A stretch of DNA of 62,962 bases, filler included, from Reticulomyxa filosa (Eukaryota; Protista; Foraminifera), in NCBI GenBank assembly GCA_000512085.1. It is 16 parts of 16 records of this genome, joined end to end, with 100 filler letters (N's around TTAATTAATTAA, not from the genome) between each part and the next. Parts side by side here need not be neighbours in the genome. Positions count along the whole stretch, not along the records: positions 1 to 4,455 come from ASPP01001075.1; positions 4,556 to 8,780 come from ASPP01012754.1; positions 8,881 to 9,887 come from ASPP01037925.1; positions 9,988 to 12,661 come from ASPP01036650.1; positions 12,762 to 18,792 come from ASPP01009204.1; 11 more parts are not named here. The stretch is one strand, 5' to 3'. Shown here in pieces: positions 1-12,854 of this stretch (within the stretch, counting starts at the first letter, position 1; each line of letters begins with the position of its first letter). Both the position numbers and the translations under genes were made by a program. The notes below the pieces were generated by a model. It was not told the origin of the DNA. It did no database searches and worked only from the letters and a program-made list of their open reading frames with translations.

Positions 1-149
1 ATTATAAAACCAATTTCATATTTAAAAACTACAAGATTAGTAGATATTTTTTAAAAAAAAATTAGGTTTAAATCTTTATTTTTCATGGAGAAAATCGATT
101 CTATTCATATAGTGCCTTTAGGTATGGCAGTTTTTTTTGCAATATACTG
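1..149. mobile_element. Right arm of Tc1/mariner-type MITE (subfamily A), cut by window/contig start
   Basis: Ends ...GGTATGGCAGTTTTTTTTGCAATATACTG followed by TA (150-151); 55-151 is a near-perfect reverse complement of 4368-4455; shares the subterminal block ATATTTAAAAACTAC with other copies. Confidence 0.75.
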
Positions 150-151
150 TA

Positions 152-661
152 ATAGAAGGATATTTAAATATTGTACAATTTTTTCCAAAAGAATCTAAAA
201 TTTTATCATGTTCGTTGGATGGAACTGTTCGAATACGAGATGTAATTATAGAAAAAAACGTTCAATTAACAGAAGAATATCTAGATGATGTAACAGGAAT
301 ACAATTTTCTCCTGACGATTCTAAAACCAAACGGATCCGAAGTTGTGTCATCTTCAACAGATAGCACACTTCGGTTATGGGATGTATTATCCGGAAGACA
401 AATTCAAGTATTAGAAGGACATAGCGCATTTATTAATGGCATTCATCTATCATCAGATGGTTCAAAATTAGTATCATGCTCAACAGATAAAACAATTAGA
501 ATATGGAGTAATGATATGGCAAAATTGTTGATGTGGTCAAATGTACTTGGAGAGTGGGAATTCAAAGTTATTTATTAATGAAAAATAGCATTTGGAAAGA
601 TACAAAGGGTTTGGAAGATGAACGAAAATTACTTGTAAAACAGCGTGGTGGAATATTTTAA
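152..661 (+). pseudogene. WD40-repeat gene, 3' part, frameshifted and truncated at the MITE
   Basis: WD repeats SCSLDGTVRIRDV, DSTLRLWDV, LEGH...SCSTDKTIRIW spread over three frames; C-terminal tail MKNSIWKDTKGLEDERKLLVKQRGGIF* ends at 661. Confidence 0.75.
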
Positions 662-1330
662 TTTTTTTTATAAAAAAAAAATTGCACTGATGTAAAAACA
701 ATTTTAAAATAAATTAAGTAATGCTGAGCCTTCATAGCTGTGTATTGGACAAAGAAAAAATCGGAGGGTCTGTGCATATATAATGTTTACATTTTTTCGT
801 GACACTTTCCCTCGGTCATCCAATGTATACAAATGGTTTGCACTTTGTCTGAGCTGTATTGCCCCAAGCATAATACTATTTTTTCTGATTACAACTCTTG
901 GCAAACGCGGAAGCGAAGAGATATTCCAACCAAACTCGAATCAATATTGATGACGGAAGCAGATGAAAAACGGTACAATCACACAGAGCCTGATAGCTCC
1001 CTAGATTGAAAATACAGCATTGCAAATGATTCAGCTTTACTACAAGATCCATGTTCGGCATTGATACAGACAACCATTTGCTCTTCTTTTTGGAGGACAT
1101 GAAATGAAATAAAATTTAAAAAGTAGTTGTACTAAATCCTTTAACGAGGAGATCCACGAAAGAATGATTCTTTTTGCCGCTTTGATCACTGTTTTCACTA
1201 TCGAACTTTCTGCTTCTGCAAATACTTTTTCTACATATTTTGACGTCTTCGCTTGTGTCTTTCAATACATCAGCTGTGTGTTTGAACGAAACAATTTCCC
1301 AAAAGTAACATAAAAATAATACACAAAATA

Positions 1331-2150
1331 CAGTAGAATGTAAAAGAAAGTTGACACCTAAAACGGCATCTTATAGAGATGATCAATTTTCTTTATAAAG
1401 AAACAACATCCAGACTTAATTTTTTTAAAATATCTACGAATCGTGTAGTTTTTAAATATGATTTTAATTTTGTATTAATTGTTTGAAAAATTTGATTATT
1501 TTCTCTTTTGAGAAAAAGTTGACAATCGTGAATGTATCGTAATCATGAAATTTGCAACTTTTTTTGAGCATTTTCAAAAATGTTCCACAAACAAAATTTG
1601 TTGAAAAATAAAAATCATTAATAGGTTAAAAAAACCAAAAATAAATGACGGCAAAGTAATTTGTACGTTAAGGATGTTAATTTAAATGGAAGTTTTTCAA
1701 TTTTCTTTTTTTGACTTTTTGTTTTTTTGCCATTGCGTGTCATTTTTTCAGCTTGTAATTTAGAAATTACTTTTTTTTGCATAATCTATCTTTGCTCAAG
1801 CGCTACTGGCAATAATAAAGGGATAAATGTTCAAGCAAGAATTTTCAAAAGATTTTTTCCAAAATAAAAATCATTTTGGTTATTATGATCATTTTAGGAA
1901 TAAAAAAGAACAAAACAATAAGTTTAATAAAAGTTGCAAAAAAAAAATGCACAAAGGCAGACAAACAAAAAAGGCAAAAATTCAAAAACTTAAAATCTAA
2001 GCAATTCTTTATAAAAACAAAATCCTGCCAAAAAAATTAGATTAATAAAAACTAAAGTTAAAATCATATTTAAAAACTACTGGATGTTGTTTTTTCATAA
2101 AGAAAATTGGTTGTCTCTATAAGGTGCCAACTTTCTTTTGCATTCTACTG
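1331..2150. mobile_element. Complete ~820-bp non-autonomous MITE (subfamily B)
   Basis: Left TA|CAGTAGAATGTAAAAGAAAGTTGACACC and right GGTGCCAACTTTCTTTTGCATTCTACTG|CA are inverted repeats; the inverted similarity extends ~130 bp inward with deletions (1331-1467 vs 2057-2150); no ORF inside. Confidence 0.8.
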
Positions 2151-2483
2151 CACTAAAAATGGTCGATCAAAACCAAAGTTGTGTTTCAACCAGCGAACAT
2201 AAGAAAATAAAATTCACACATTCGGAATTTACAAATTCCATTAAAAAACTTATAAATGGATGGCAAATACATTGCTTTTTCAAAACGATTACCTTTATCA
2301 CACTTATTAAAAGGTTAATAAAATTCCTATTTTATGCCAATTTGAGCAACTAAAAACATTACATGTCGTATAAAAATATTAGAAATACAAAAGAAACTGA
2401 TAATCTTTGGAGAAAGTCTCCAAAATCCTACTCCAAAAAAAAAAAAAGCGATTTGAAAGAAACTCCATAAAATTTTCTTGTCA

Positions 2484-2882
2484 CTACAGAACACAAGAGC
2501 AATTCCAATGTACTTTTATATCATATCCAAGATATTTGGCAACTCTTTCCGTCCACATGTTGCAATTATAATTCGTTCCGTATATTGCACCTCTGCTCGC
2601 TCTTTCTGCGGCTTCATATACTTCGTCTAAAGAGTGTTCTCCCAATGTTATACATATTCCACCGCATGAATTTGAACACGCATAACGTCCAAAACCGTCA
2701 TTAGACCATTCATAAACTCTCCATTTATCACTAGTACTGATGTCCACGACAATGTAATGGTGTACACCCAGTCCCACAGCTGCTTTAACTCGATGTGATC
2801 TCACTTCTACCTTTCCTTTAGAAGAACCTCTCGTCCAACTTGAATGTGTATATTCTGTTGCAGAACTAGAAGAAGGGCCCAT
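2484..2882 (-). CDS. Small (132 aa) permuted papain-like NlpC/P60 protein, PPPDE/DeSI- or LRAT-like peptidase/acyltransferase
   Basis: Intronless from ATG 2882 (MGPSSSS); N-terminal His strand (VHHYIVV) precedes a C-terminal YGTNYNCNMWTERVAKYL helix, the H-before-NC order of permuted papain folds. Confidence 0.65.
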   Translation of the reverse strand: MGPSSSSATEYTHSSWTRGSSKGKVEVRSHRVKAAVGLGVHHYIVVDISTSDKWRVYEWSNDGFGRYACSNSCGGICITLGEHSLDEVYEAAERASRGAIYGTNYNCNMWTERVAKYLGYDIKVHWNCSCVL

Positions 2883-4369
2883 TATTTCTTGAATACTGAA
2901 ATAAATTTTATTATGAGCTAAAAACAAAGTTTGTCCAACGTTCCATAAGTTTTTTTTACGCACTTCAAATATTTTTAATTATTTAAAAATTTTCTTCACT
3001 CAGAATCTATCATACACGTAAAGTAACTACTCTATTTTGTGCGTTTATATTTATTTTATCACGCAATAAACTACTAGTTTTTAAAAAACGCAACACTTGT
3101 AGGATCTTCATTTTGCTAAAATAATTTTATAATGAAAAATTAATATCTACTAATTAGAAATATTGTATATTTATTGTCTAATTGTGTTTTCGTTCATAAA
3201 AGAAGAATGCAGCGATCAAATTAGGTATTCTGCAGTTATAAATTAAATTTAACTGATTGAGTGCCGTTTTTTAAATGTTAATATTGAAAACATTACAAAC
3301 ATTTATATTTTCAGTACGATTTTTAACGAATTTTTTAAAATAAAAAAGTGTTCAGTGAGTGTAATATAACATAAGTGGAAATGCAGATTTCATTGTCTTT
3401 TGTACTAGTTGATGTTCTTCCTCTTGACCAAGGAAAACGCAAAGAAATATTTTTTATTTAAATATAAATTCTGAACGTGACAAAAATTTGAAAGAAAGCC
3501 AAGTAACATATGCTGAACCAAAACTTTCAAAAAGGCTGCTTCAATTTATTTGTCTTGGCTTTTCTGTTGTGAATATTTTCCTTTTTTAAAAAAATGTGTT
3601 AAAAAAGAAAAAAAGACTGTTCTTGAGAAAAAAAATTCACAAATAAAATAATCGAACAACTATGTCCGGAATGTGTGGAAATACTGTAGATTTTTAAGTC
3701 GTGTTATCCGTCTATGCTCAACTGACGATGTTTCTTCTGACTGAAAAAAAGCGACTGTATTAAAAAAAAAAGATTGAAATGAAAAAACAAAAAAAAATTA
3801 TTATTCAAGTAGCTATTCAAGCGGCATTATGTGGTCCTTTTTAGTGTGGCTCTTCTTACTGTGCAAGCATTGTTACAGTGGTTCGTCCTGCATTATTGTG
3901 GTTATTCTTCATGATGCTCTCCTTAATGTGGTATGACTATTTCTTTCTGTAGTCCTGTTCATATGTTCTCATGTGGATTTTTTTTCGTGTGGTTATTTCT
4001 GTGTTTTTATATCTATTCATATGCTGTTCATGTATGATTTTTTAAATCTTTTGTACTTTTATTTTCAATTGCTATGTTGTTAACAACAACTCTTTTTGTT
4101 TCCTTGTTTACAGTTGATCTGTTCATGTGATCCTGCAACTCTACTGATGAAATAAAATTGCAAATTTTCTCTAAAGACCAAGCTATAAACATCATTCTCA
4201 AGCGGTTGCTAACGTGGCCGCATAAAAAAAAATACATTCGCAAGATTTCAACAACAAATCTTATCAAAGCATTCTATGAAAACGACACAAGATAACGATT
4301 GATCAAATAGCAAAACATAATTGCAATATAACTTATCGAATTACCAAGTATGTTTATATAGTCTATTTA

Positions 4370-4455
4370 CAGTAGATTGCAAAAAAAACTGCCATACCTA
4401 AATGGCACTATATGAAGAGAATCGATTTTATCCATGAAAAATAAAGATTTAAACC
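4370..4455. mobile_element. Left arm of MITE (subfamily A), cut by contig end
   Basis: TA|CAGTAGATTGCAAAAAAAACTGCCATACCTAAA..., inverted copy of 55-149. Confidence 0.75.
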
Positions 4456-4555
4456 NNNNNNNNNNNNNNNNNNNNNNNNNNNNNNNNNNNNNNNNNNNNT
4501 TAATTAATTAANNNNNNNNNNNNNNNNNNNNNNNNNNNNNNNNNNNNNNNNNNNN
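4456..4555. other. Artificial contig linker (first of 15)
   Basis: N-run, TTAATTAATTAA (stops in all six frames), N-run; identical 100-nt linkers start at 8781, 9888, 12662, 18793, 24395, 28384, 31070, 38938, 41321, 44514, 47094, 49424, 51712 and 55865. Confidence 0.98.
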
Positions 4556-4589
<34 letters not shown>

Positions 4590-6463
4590 GCAATGATGAC
4601 AATAAGGACGAAAAACAAGTAGAGCTGATCATTTCAACTATTTTCGGTAAAAAAGACAAAAGCGATGAGGAAAACGACACCGATGACGTATTCCAAATGC
4701 AAACGAGCGGATCGGATGTGGACGTGGCGAGCATTGAGGCCAAGACTGTAGAAGAAGTGTCACCCCTGTCTAATCCGCGGTCAATCCCAAAATTCGATAA
4801 CACCAATAAGTTGGCCTTTGTATATCTCATTCATTCACAAGATACTGACACCATTGGACGACCACTCGCATCTGTTTGTATTTTTAAAAAAATAAAAATA
4901 AATAAAAAAAATTTTATTTCGTGCACAACAAGAGGTTACATAAATTATACAAATATATAAAGATATACGTATGTATGTTAACTTTTCCAAAAAAAAAAAA
5001 AACGAAATGTCATTTGTGTATACGTATTGTGAAATAAAATCCTCCCCCCCCCCCCCTTTGCTCTCCTCTTTTCTGTTCCACTTGTAGGAGGTGAATGCAG
5101 CGAAAATTTCCCGAGCACAAACCATGACGACAAATAACTCGGCACCAAAGATGCAGAGATCTGTGTCGATGCGAAGCAGCGGCAAGGAATTAGAATTAAT
5201 TGCGCAGTTTCATCACTTTTTGGATGAAGCGGCGGAAAATTTGAACCCGAGACTGAGTCGACATCACACCGATGGGATATTGCTTCGAAAGCGCGAGTCG
5301 GAAAAGCCACCCTTGCAATTGACGGCTGTCTTATCCAACCAGTCGAGTCATGGCGACTCGGTTATGTCCAATGAAAGCGTCAGGCCTGTGCTCAGTCCAG
5401 TCAGCAATGAAAGCAGCGTCGTCGCGTCGGGAAGGCCCAGGGGCTATGGCTTTCTTGAAAAGAAAACAAAAACAGAGACGTATAGTCGTAATGTCCCTTC
5501 TTTTCGAGAACATGAAGAGACTTATATGAGAGTTTGTTTTTTTTTTTTTTTTTGTTATATTTTCAAATTACATAAATATAAATATATACTTATACGTATA
5601 TGTATATATATATATATGTATATGTACATATATATACATTTATATATTTATATTATATACAAGGGCAGTCGGTCCAAAAAAGAGCCAAGTTCTTAATGTA
5701 TTTTTACAATGAGGTATTTGGAAAGTCTGTTCCCGAGAACTCCCCTCTGATGGGATTGAACCGGTCGCGCACTCGTAGCATACGGCTCATTCGAAGTCCG
5801 ACACCTTTCGACCCCGTTGAAATGAAGTTTGATGTCCCGTCGCCAGTTCATTTGTTGTTTTTTTAAAACGTTCAAAACAGAGAGTTGACATTTGCTTTTG
5901 TTTTTGTTTTGTTTTGTTTTGCTTTGCTTTGCTTCGATTTGCTTGTCTTAGAAGGGAACAAATTGTCTTTCTTCCAATTTTGCAATTTTCTGTCCCTTCA
6001 CGTCTAAACTTTGATTCTGATTAAATCAAGTCTTTGTGTTTGGATGAATGTATACGTATATGTATATGTTTTTTTTTAAAAGACTTTGGACGATGGCAAT
6101 TTTCCAATTCGATTGGAAGGCTTGAAAAAACTTGAACGGCGAAAGTTAGAAGGAATTGCTGGAATTGGCAGTGGAGGAGAACTAATGCTGAGCGATGGAC
6201 ATTTGACCATGAAAAATATCGAACGAACGGACAGTGGATACGTAAATGTGTCCACTGGGGAGCCGGCGTATGTTGATGAATATCGACAGCTGTACCGAAA
6301 GGTTCTACCACCCGAGTTGAGGAAACATATCAAAGGAAGCTATACTCTAGTTCTCACACCAGATGGCAGAGCCTCTCTTGGGGTTCGACCTCAAATTCAA
6401 CGAGCAGGCTCGGCCAAGTCTGTGTTTCTTTTAAATAGTGTTAAAGACACCGGCATCATTTAA
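4556..6463 (+). CDS. Multi-exon hypothetical protein, 5'-partial (exons approx. <4556-4873, 5088-5531, ~5669-5844, ~6082-6463)
   Basis: GC-richer coding blocks separated by AT-rich GT-AG introns; exon 1/2 junction is phase 0 and in frame; no recognisable domain. Confidence 0.6.
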
Positions 6464-7361
6464 TATGGTAGCATTTTTTTTTTTTTTTTTTCATTTTTCG
6501 ATTTTTGTATGTGTACTTGTTTTCTCCATTCCTGATACCATTTTTTTATTTGAGATTTTTTTATTTTATTGACATAAATGTAAATATTTTACCTCGTTTT
6601 CCCATCTTTATTCACTTTCAAAGTGGAAGGTACTGGTTTGGTGAAGCGAAATTGTAAGGGCCTATTCGATAGTGTGTGCTAATTATTACTTGCTTCGTTC
6701 TGGTAATACTTTTTCTGTCATGAAAAAATATTTCAATTCCAAATCTTTTTCAATAATTATATAGTGGTTTGCAAATACATTAAAATTTCACTTCATATAG
6801 AAAGCGAAAAAATAAGCTGACAAGAAATAATTAAAAATAGCTACAAAATACTCTGATATTATGAAAAAAATTATCTGTACTTTATGAATTAGGATATATT
6901 TTTAAATGTTCCGAATTTTCCATAAAATAACAACGTCTTCAAGGATTCATTTGAATTAGTTCATTGTATATAAAATAATTATCCACACAGCAAGATATTC
7001 AATTTTCATCGCAAGTTGTCTAAAAAGAAATGAGATATGGATAATTAATAACAGAGGCATAGTTATACTTGTTTTAAAAAAATTATTTTTCTGTAACATA
7101 TTTCAGCATTTAAGATAAGTGTTTTAAAATTATTTTGACCAGTACAAAATAATATGTCCACTTTGAATCTTTAAAAAGTACGATAAAAACAGAATAATAT
7201 ACCACTACGGATAAAAAGGACGGTTTTTAAAGTGACGTGTTTTTTTTACTCAAAACAACTGACTCTTGACTTTGTTCGGAATTCAGGCACATAAGCCAGA
7301 GTTATATATATTATTCTTTTTCCTATTTTGTCGAGCCCAGTCGCCACTACTTCAATTTACA

Positions 7362-8364
7362 ATGGTTTGTGTATGCTTCTTCATTCAGTAAACAGAGCAG
7401 TGCACACTTGTGAGCTTGTGTTGTGTACTAACAGGAAAACGATTTACATTTTGTCGGCACAGCTGTTCAATTCTCAGAAAATAAGATAATAGAATTGGAA
7501 AACGTAAGCTTTTTTTTTTTTTTGTTATTTTCTCCGTTTGGAAAAGTTGTCCAACTAACTTTTGTCCCATAGTCATCGACACATTTACACAAACACAAAA
7601 AAAAGTCATTAGTAAAGAATGAGAAGGAGGAAGAAGTGGGCGAATGGAAACTATTGGAAAAGAATTTTTTAGATTATTCATCGTCAGAATCGGAAAGTGA
7701 AAGCAACAAAGAAATGACCGAATTAGAAAAACAGGCACAACCACCCTTGCCATTGAGTAGACTTGAAAACACGGCAGCCCGTTCTTTCGCTCCACCCATG
7801 GATGATGAGGTATCTCGACATGTGACAAAGGGACAAGAGGAAAGGGCAGTGTGTAGCTTATCGAATGAAAGTAACAATGATTGGGTTGTTGAAGCATGTT
7901 CGTTGTTTCCACTTTGGCATTTGTTGGTTCTCTTCTTTGTGCTTGTTTTCATTGTGAATCAATTTCATGTTGACCTCTTCAATTCTTTCGATATTCCTTT
8001 TCTTCACTCCGACGCTGGTGCATCGATGGCACGCAACGAGGGTCCCCTTAGCAATTGCATGCACTTGTTTGTTCACTATGCCGGACGCGAAAACACAGAC
8101 GATCACACGCTCGATGTGTGCCAAAATTCAATGGCCACTTTGTTTGAAATACAATGCTATCACACTTTGCAATCGCAATGCTTCTTCCCACAAAATGGAC
8201 AATTTCTTTATCCACGTGATGATACGCTTGCCGACAATCCTATCCCACTTACGATGCTCTTCACTCCTTCACAATCTATTATCCTTTTGTTCACTTTTTT
8301 TAAAAACAACAAACTTTTATCCATTATTTCATTGTATTGCCAATTTTTTTTTGTTTTGTTTTGA
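7362..8364 (+). CDS. Hypothetical membrane protein (main exon ~7573-8364; upstream exons uncertain)
   Basis: 242-aa ORF with a hydrophobic stretch LWHLLVLFFVLVFIV and a hydrophobic C-terminus; upstream in-frame block ENDLHFVGTAVQFSENKIIELEN before a GTAAG donor. Confidence 0.4.
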
Positions 8365-9683
8365 TCGGTGTCTATTTTTTGGAATTGGTCACGTCATTGC
8401 AGTCTCTTTTTTTGTTGTTTTTTTTATTGTTTTTGTGTTGTCGATGCTCTGATGGGTTTCTTGTTGGAGTTGACATGGGTGGATTAGATTTCACCAGCTG
8501 TTTTTTTTTCTTTGTTTTTAAAACTCTAATACTGATCCAACTTTCAATACGTTGTTACAATTGCAAACCTAATATAAAAAAAGCTTTGCAAGAAGAACAC
8601 AAGATTTTTTGATAGCTTCGTACAATGTGCCTCATATTAGAATACATCTTTGCACTTCTTGTTACCAAAATTGCAGATCCCCAACATAACGACGAAAATG
8701 AGAATGAAAGAACATTACAAAATTTTGTGTCAGCTGCTGAGGGATAACTACGGTGAAATTACTGAATTCAACATTTTTTTNNNNNNNNNNNNNNNNNNNN
8801 NNNNNNNNNNNNNNNNNNNNNNNNTTAATTAATTAANNNNNNNNNNNNNNNNNNNNNNNNNNNNNNNNNNNNNNNNNNNNGTATACAAATGTTAAACTCT
8901 TTGAATTTTTTCTTCTAATTTAGGTCCTATCTTTTTCAACGAAATACCCATTATGTCACACCACTCTTCTATCAACTTCTGATCACACCACACTCCATTC
9001 TTCGACAAAAGCTCTGTAAACTCATTGTCAAACCATTCATTCCACGCCGTCGTAAAATTGACTTTGTTGCGCCGTTGTCCAACTTTTTTTTGTTTTGTTT
9101 GTTACTTAAAACAGCTAAACAAAGGAAAGAGATCAACAACAACTTACATCTTTTTGATGCAAAACCAAGCTTGCCCCAATTTCTTTCGTTTTGTTTGAGG
9201 CCACTTAAAAAAAATTTCAATTACTACAAGCAATAGAAAGAACTGATACCGTCGATCGCAAAAAAGAAAAAGTTCCCCCTAGAAAGAACTTCTACAAACA
9301 ACTGCAGTTTTACTCGTGAAAAATCAATATTTTTTTGAAGTGTTACAATGCAAAAATAATCTCTAAGCACTTAACAAATTCTTTTTCTCAATATTTTTTC
9401 TTTTCCCCTCGTTTCTGTAAAGGGGATCTAAAAATTATTTATTTATCTCTTGAACTAATTTTATATAAAAAAAAGCTGGATAATGATATTAGACTAAAAA
9501 CTGATTTGTTGTCTTGCTGAAAGATAAAGTACTCATGATACTTTTCTTCGAGATAATATTGACAATAGTCCCACATTTCGTCATCGAGAATCTCTTTATA
9601 CAACTCAGAATTAACAGTTCATGTGATTTTAGCAGCATCCACAAATCATTATGCTTCATCAACCTTTCAAAGTAGGCTTAGTA

Positions 9684-9835
9684 CAGTAGGTTGCAAAGAA
9701 AACTGAACGCCTAAAACGATATCCTATGATGATAATTGATTTTCTCTATGAAAAATCAACATTTAGACCCTAATTTTTTTTTTTTAAAAATCTACAAATC
9801 TTGTAGTTTTTAAATATGAAATTGGTTTTTTAATA
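9684..9835. mobile_element. Left arm of MITE (subfamily C)
   Basis: TA|CAGTAGGTTGCAAAGAAAACTGAACGCCTAAAAC..., inverted copy of 39038-39170. Confidence 0.75.
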
Positions 9836-11486
9836 ACTTTTTTTTTTGTTGGATGAAATCACCATTCTTTCAAATAATTTTATCCAANNNNNNNNNNNNN
9901 NNNNNNNNNNNNNNNNNNNNNNNNNNNNNNNTTAATTAATTAANNNNNNNNNNNNNNNNNNNNNNNNNNNNNNNNNNNNNNNNNNNNTCGTTTGATTTCA
10001 TACAAAAAAATTTGACAGCGCCCTTTTGGAAGTTGGTTTATGCAGGAATTTGTTTATTTTTTGTGGATTGTTTTTAATTACTATTTTATTTTGATTTTGA
10101 TTTTATATATTTTAGCATTTTAAAATGTATATTTGATTTTTAATGTTTGCCATTATTTTTTAGACGCGCAATAAAATGCAGAAGAAGTTGAAAATTTTTT
10201 AAAAAAATCAAACGTCATTAACGCATAACTTGTTGATTTTTTTTTTTAATTTTTGTTTTTTGTTTTTCATTTATTTATTTTATGTTGTACACGAATTAGC
10301 CAAAGAAAAAGAAATGGAACTTATTATTTGTTATGGATTAAAATATTAAAAATTAAATTGGTGCGGATACACGATTTTAGCGAATCTGTTGCTAAGATGT
10401 AATATTTTATTGTTTTATTTTATTCAATTGCAACCAAATTGATTTTCTGAAAAAACAAAATTGAAAAAGACTTCAAAAAGAAGAAGAAACAATTTTTTAA
10501 ATTCTTTACTTTGATCGGCTCCTTTCATTTGTAAAAGAGATTTATACAATACTAGAGGTTGAACAATGCAATGAAACGAGCACAAAAAAGAACAAGACAT
10601 GCAATGAAGATTTATGTTTTCAACAAACCCAAATAGCCAATGAACCGCAATATTTTCAAACTCTCAAACAGCTGGCCTGAAATTTTTTATTCGTCACTGA
10701 GATACTGCAAAGTGTAATTACAATCCAAAAGGTCAACCTGTTTGAATTCGTTTTTTTTCCACTTTTCTTGTTCCATAAAACGAAAAATAATCTCTTTTCA
10801 TTTTTATTTGTCATCACTTGAATTTTCTTTTTGAAAATTTTTCGCATGAATAGCTCGCAGAAATGGAGTTAGTTTTTTTGTTACTGTCAAAGAGAATTTT
10901 TTGTTAAAAAAACGAAGGAAAATTCACTCTGATTCAAAAAAAAATAAACAAGTCTTTTCATGTTATACGCGCAAAAATAAACATTGATACATAATTCATG
11001 CTAAGAGCTCTTGTGTTCGAGTCTTTTACTCTGGAGTTGTCAAAAAATTCAAAGATACGCTCTCTTGCCTGTGTATGTCGTTTGAGCAGTCTCAAATTGT
11101 GTTTGGCAAAATATGTTTGAAGGCCATTGGTCACTCTTAATTTTACATCAAAAATTGAATCAAATTTTAGTTTGTTTTTTTTATCTGTTTTTGTTAATGA
11201 AGATAAAACTAGTTAAAAATAAAGACAGACATTATTAGTTATGCCATTATGATTTTTTTTTTAGCGGAAATATCCATCTTTTTAACTTTTTCTTAGCAGA
11301 AAATATAACACAATGAGAAAAAATTATGATCAGGCTAATATAAAAATGAAGTAACTTTGTGATTTATAGATTCTCAAAAACATATAATTGCCGTTACTAA
11401 AAACTGAAAAACAACCAGTTAAAAATTAGCAAATAATTCAAGGGGGAAAAAAAAATCTTTTTTTAAAAATTTAGAATTTTCGAAGT

Positions 11487-12661
11487 ATGATAACAAATGA
11501 AAAATTGAAAACTTATTATAAAGGTGTTTCATTACTTGGTGAAGCCCTACAATTGATTGATAAACGTTGCATTCGGCTTGTGCAACAAGGTAAAAGCAAA
11601 AGAAAAAGCAATGAAGAAGACCAAAAACAGACAGAAAAATTTCCAGAGATGCTCAATTCTTTGCCAATCTATGATAACCCAAACATGATAAAATTAGAAA
11701 ATATTTGGGGCATAGACAAAAGAGAAGATGTTGATAGTTGCATAATTATTAATGGAGAAGCAGGAATTGGAAAAAGTGTGTTAACAAAAATGATTTCATA
11801 TTTATGGGCAAATGATCAAATGTGGAATGATCGATTTTCATTATTGTTACGCATTTCTTTGAGGGAAATTGTTGATAATTTTGATAAGACAAATGGTAAA
11901 AGTGATGGTGATGGTGACATTAAAAAACAATGGTCAGAAATAATGAAAAGGTTAATTCCAGGATTGAATGAACAAGATACAAAACATATCATGCATTCGA
12001 AGAACGACTTGTTGTTGATTTTGGATGGATTTGATGAAATCGTAAATGAATTAAATACAAACATGGATTTAAGAGAATGGTTGAAATATTGTACTAAAAA
12101 GGGAAAATATTGCGTGATTATGACAAGTCGCCTTAATGCAACATGTTCGTATTTGAGGAAAAAATCAATAAGACTCAATGTTATTTGCTTCCAAAAACAA
12201 GACATTCAAAATTATGTTCGCACATATCTTAAAAATCCTGCAAATGGTGATTATAACTATCAAGCAGACTCATTGATAAAGACAATCGATGAAAATCCAC
12301 TTCTACAATTATTGAGCTGTATACCTTTGTATTTAAATTTCCTTTGCTATCTTACAAAACAACAAAAAATTCAAAATGAAAATCAACACAAAGACGATCT
12401 ATTTCACAAATTTGATTGTATGTCAGTTTTGAAATTGTTATTGAAATGTTATATTGAATGGAATTGGATCAAATTCAATGGAACAAAAGACAAATTAAAT
12501 GAACAAGATATGTTCAATACATTTGAAATGGAAATTGATTATTTGTCACAACTTGCATGGGAAGGATTGAAATCTGAACAAGAAGCCATTTCATGTGAAA
12601 TACAACAAAAGATATTAAATATCATCAATGACAAATATCCACGTGAACATATTTCAGTAAT
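11487..12661 (+). CDS. NACHT-domain STAND NTPase (NLR-like), 3'-partial
   Basis: Walker A GEAGIGKS, Walker B LLLILDGFDE, sensor-1 VIMTSR, helical-domain IPLYL and LSQLAWEGL motifs. Confidence 0.9.
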
Positions 12662-12854
12662 NNNNNNNNNNNNNNNNNNNNNNNNNNNNNNNNNNNNNNN
12701 NNNNNTTAATTAATTAANNNNNNNNNNNNNNNNNNNNNNNNNNNNNNNNNNNNNNNNNNNNATTAAATTAAAATATATTAAATATATTATTTTTATAAAA
12801 ATAACAAATATTTTAATATACATTAATATAAATCAATATATATTAAAATATAAG

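Noticed and set aside
704-1290. Minus-strand coding-like tract next to the MITE, possibly a transposase
   Set aside because: Broken by stops, with no DDE or HTH motif I can recognise
2484-2500. C-terminal CaaX prenylation box on the permuted-papain protein
   Set aside because: The tail is NCSCVL; the last four residues are SCVL, so Cys is not at position -4
5580-5660. (TA)n/(TATG)n tracts, recurring in many introns
   Set aside because: Ordinary intronic microsatellites in this AT-rich genome; no evidence of a specific function
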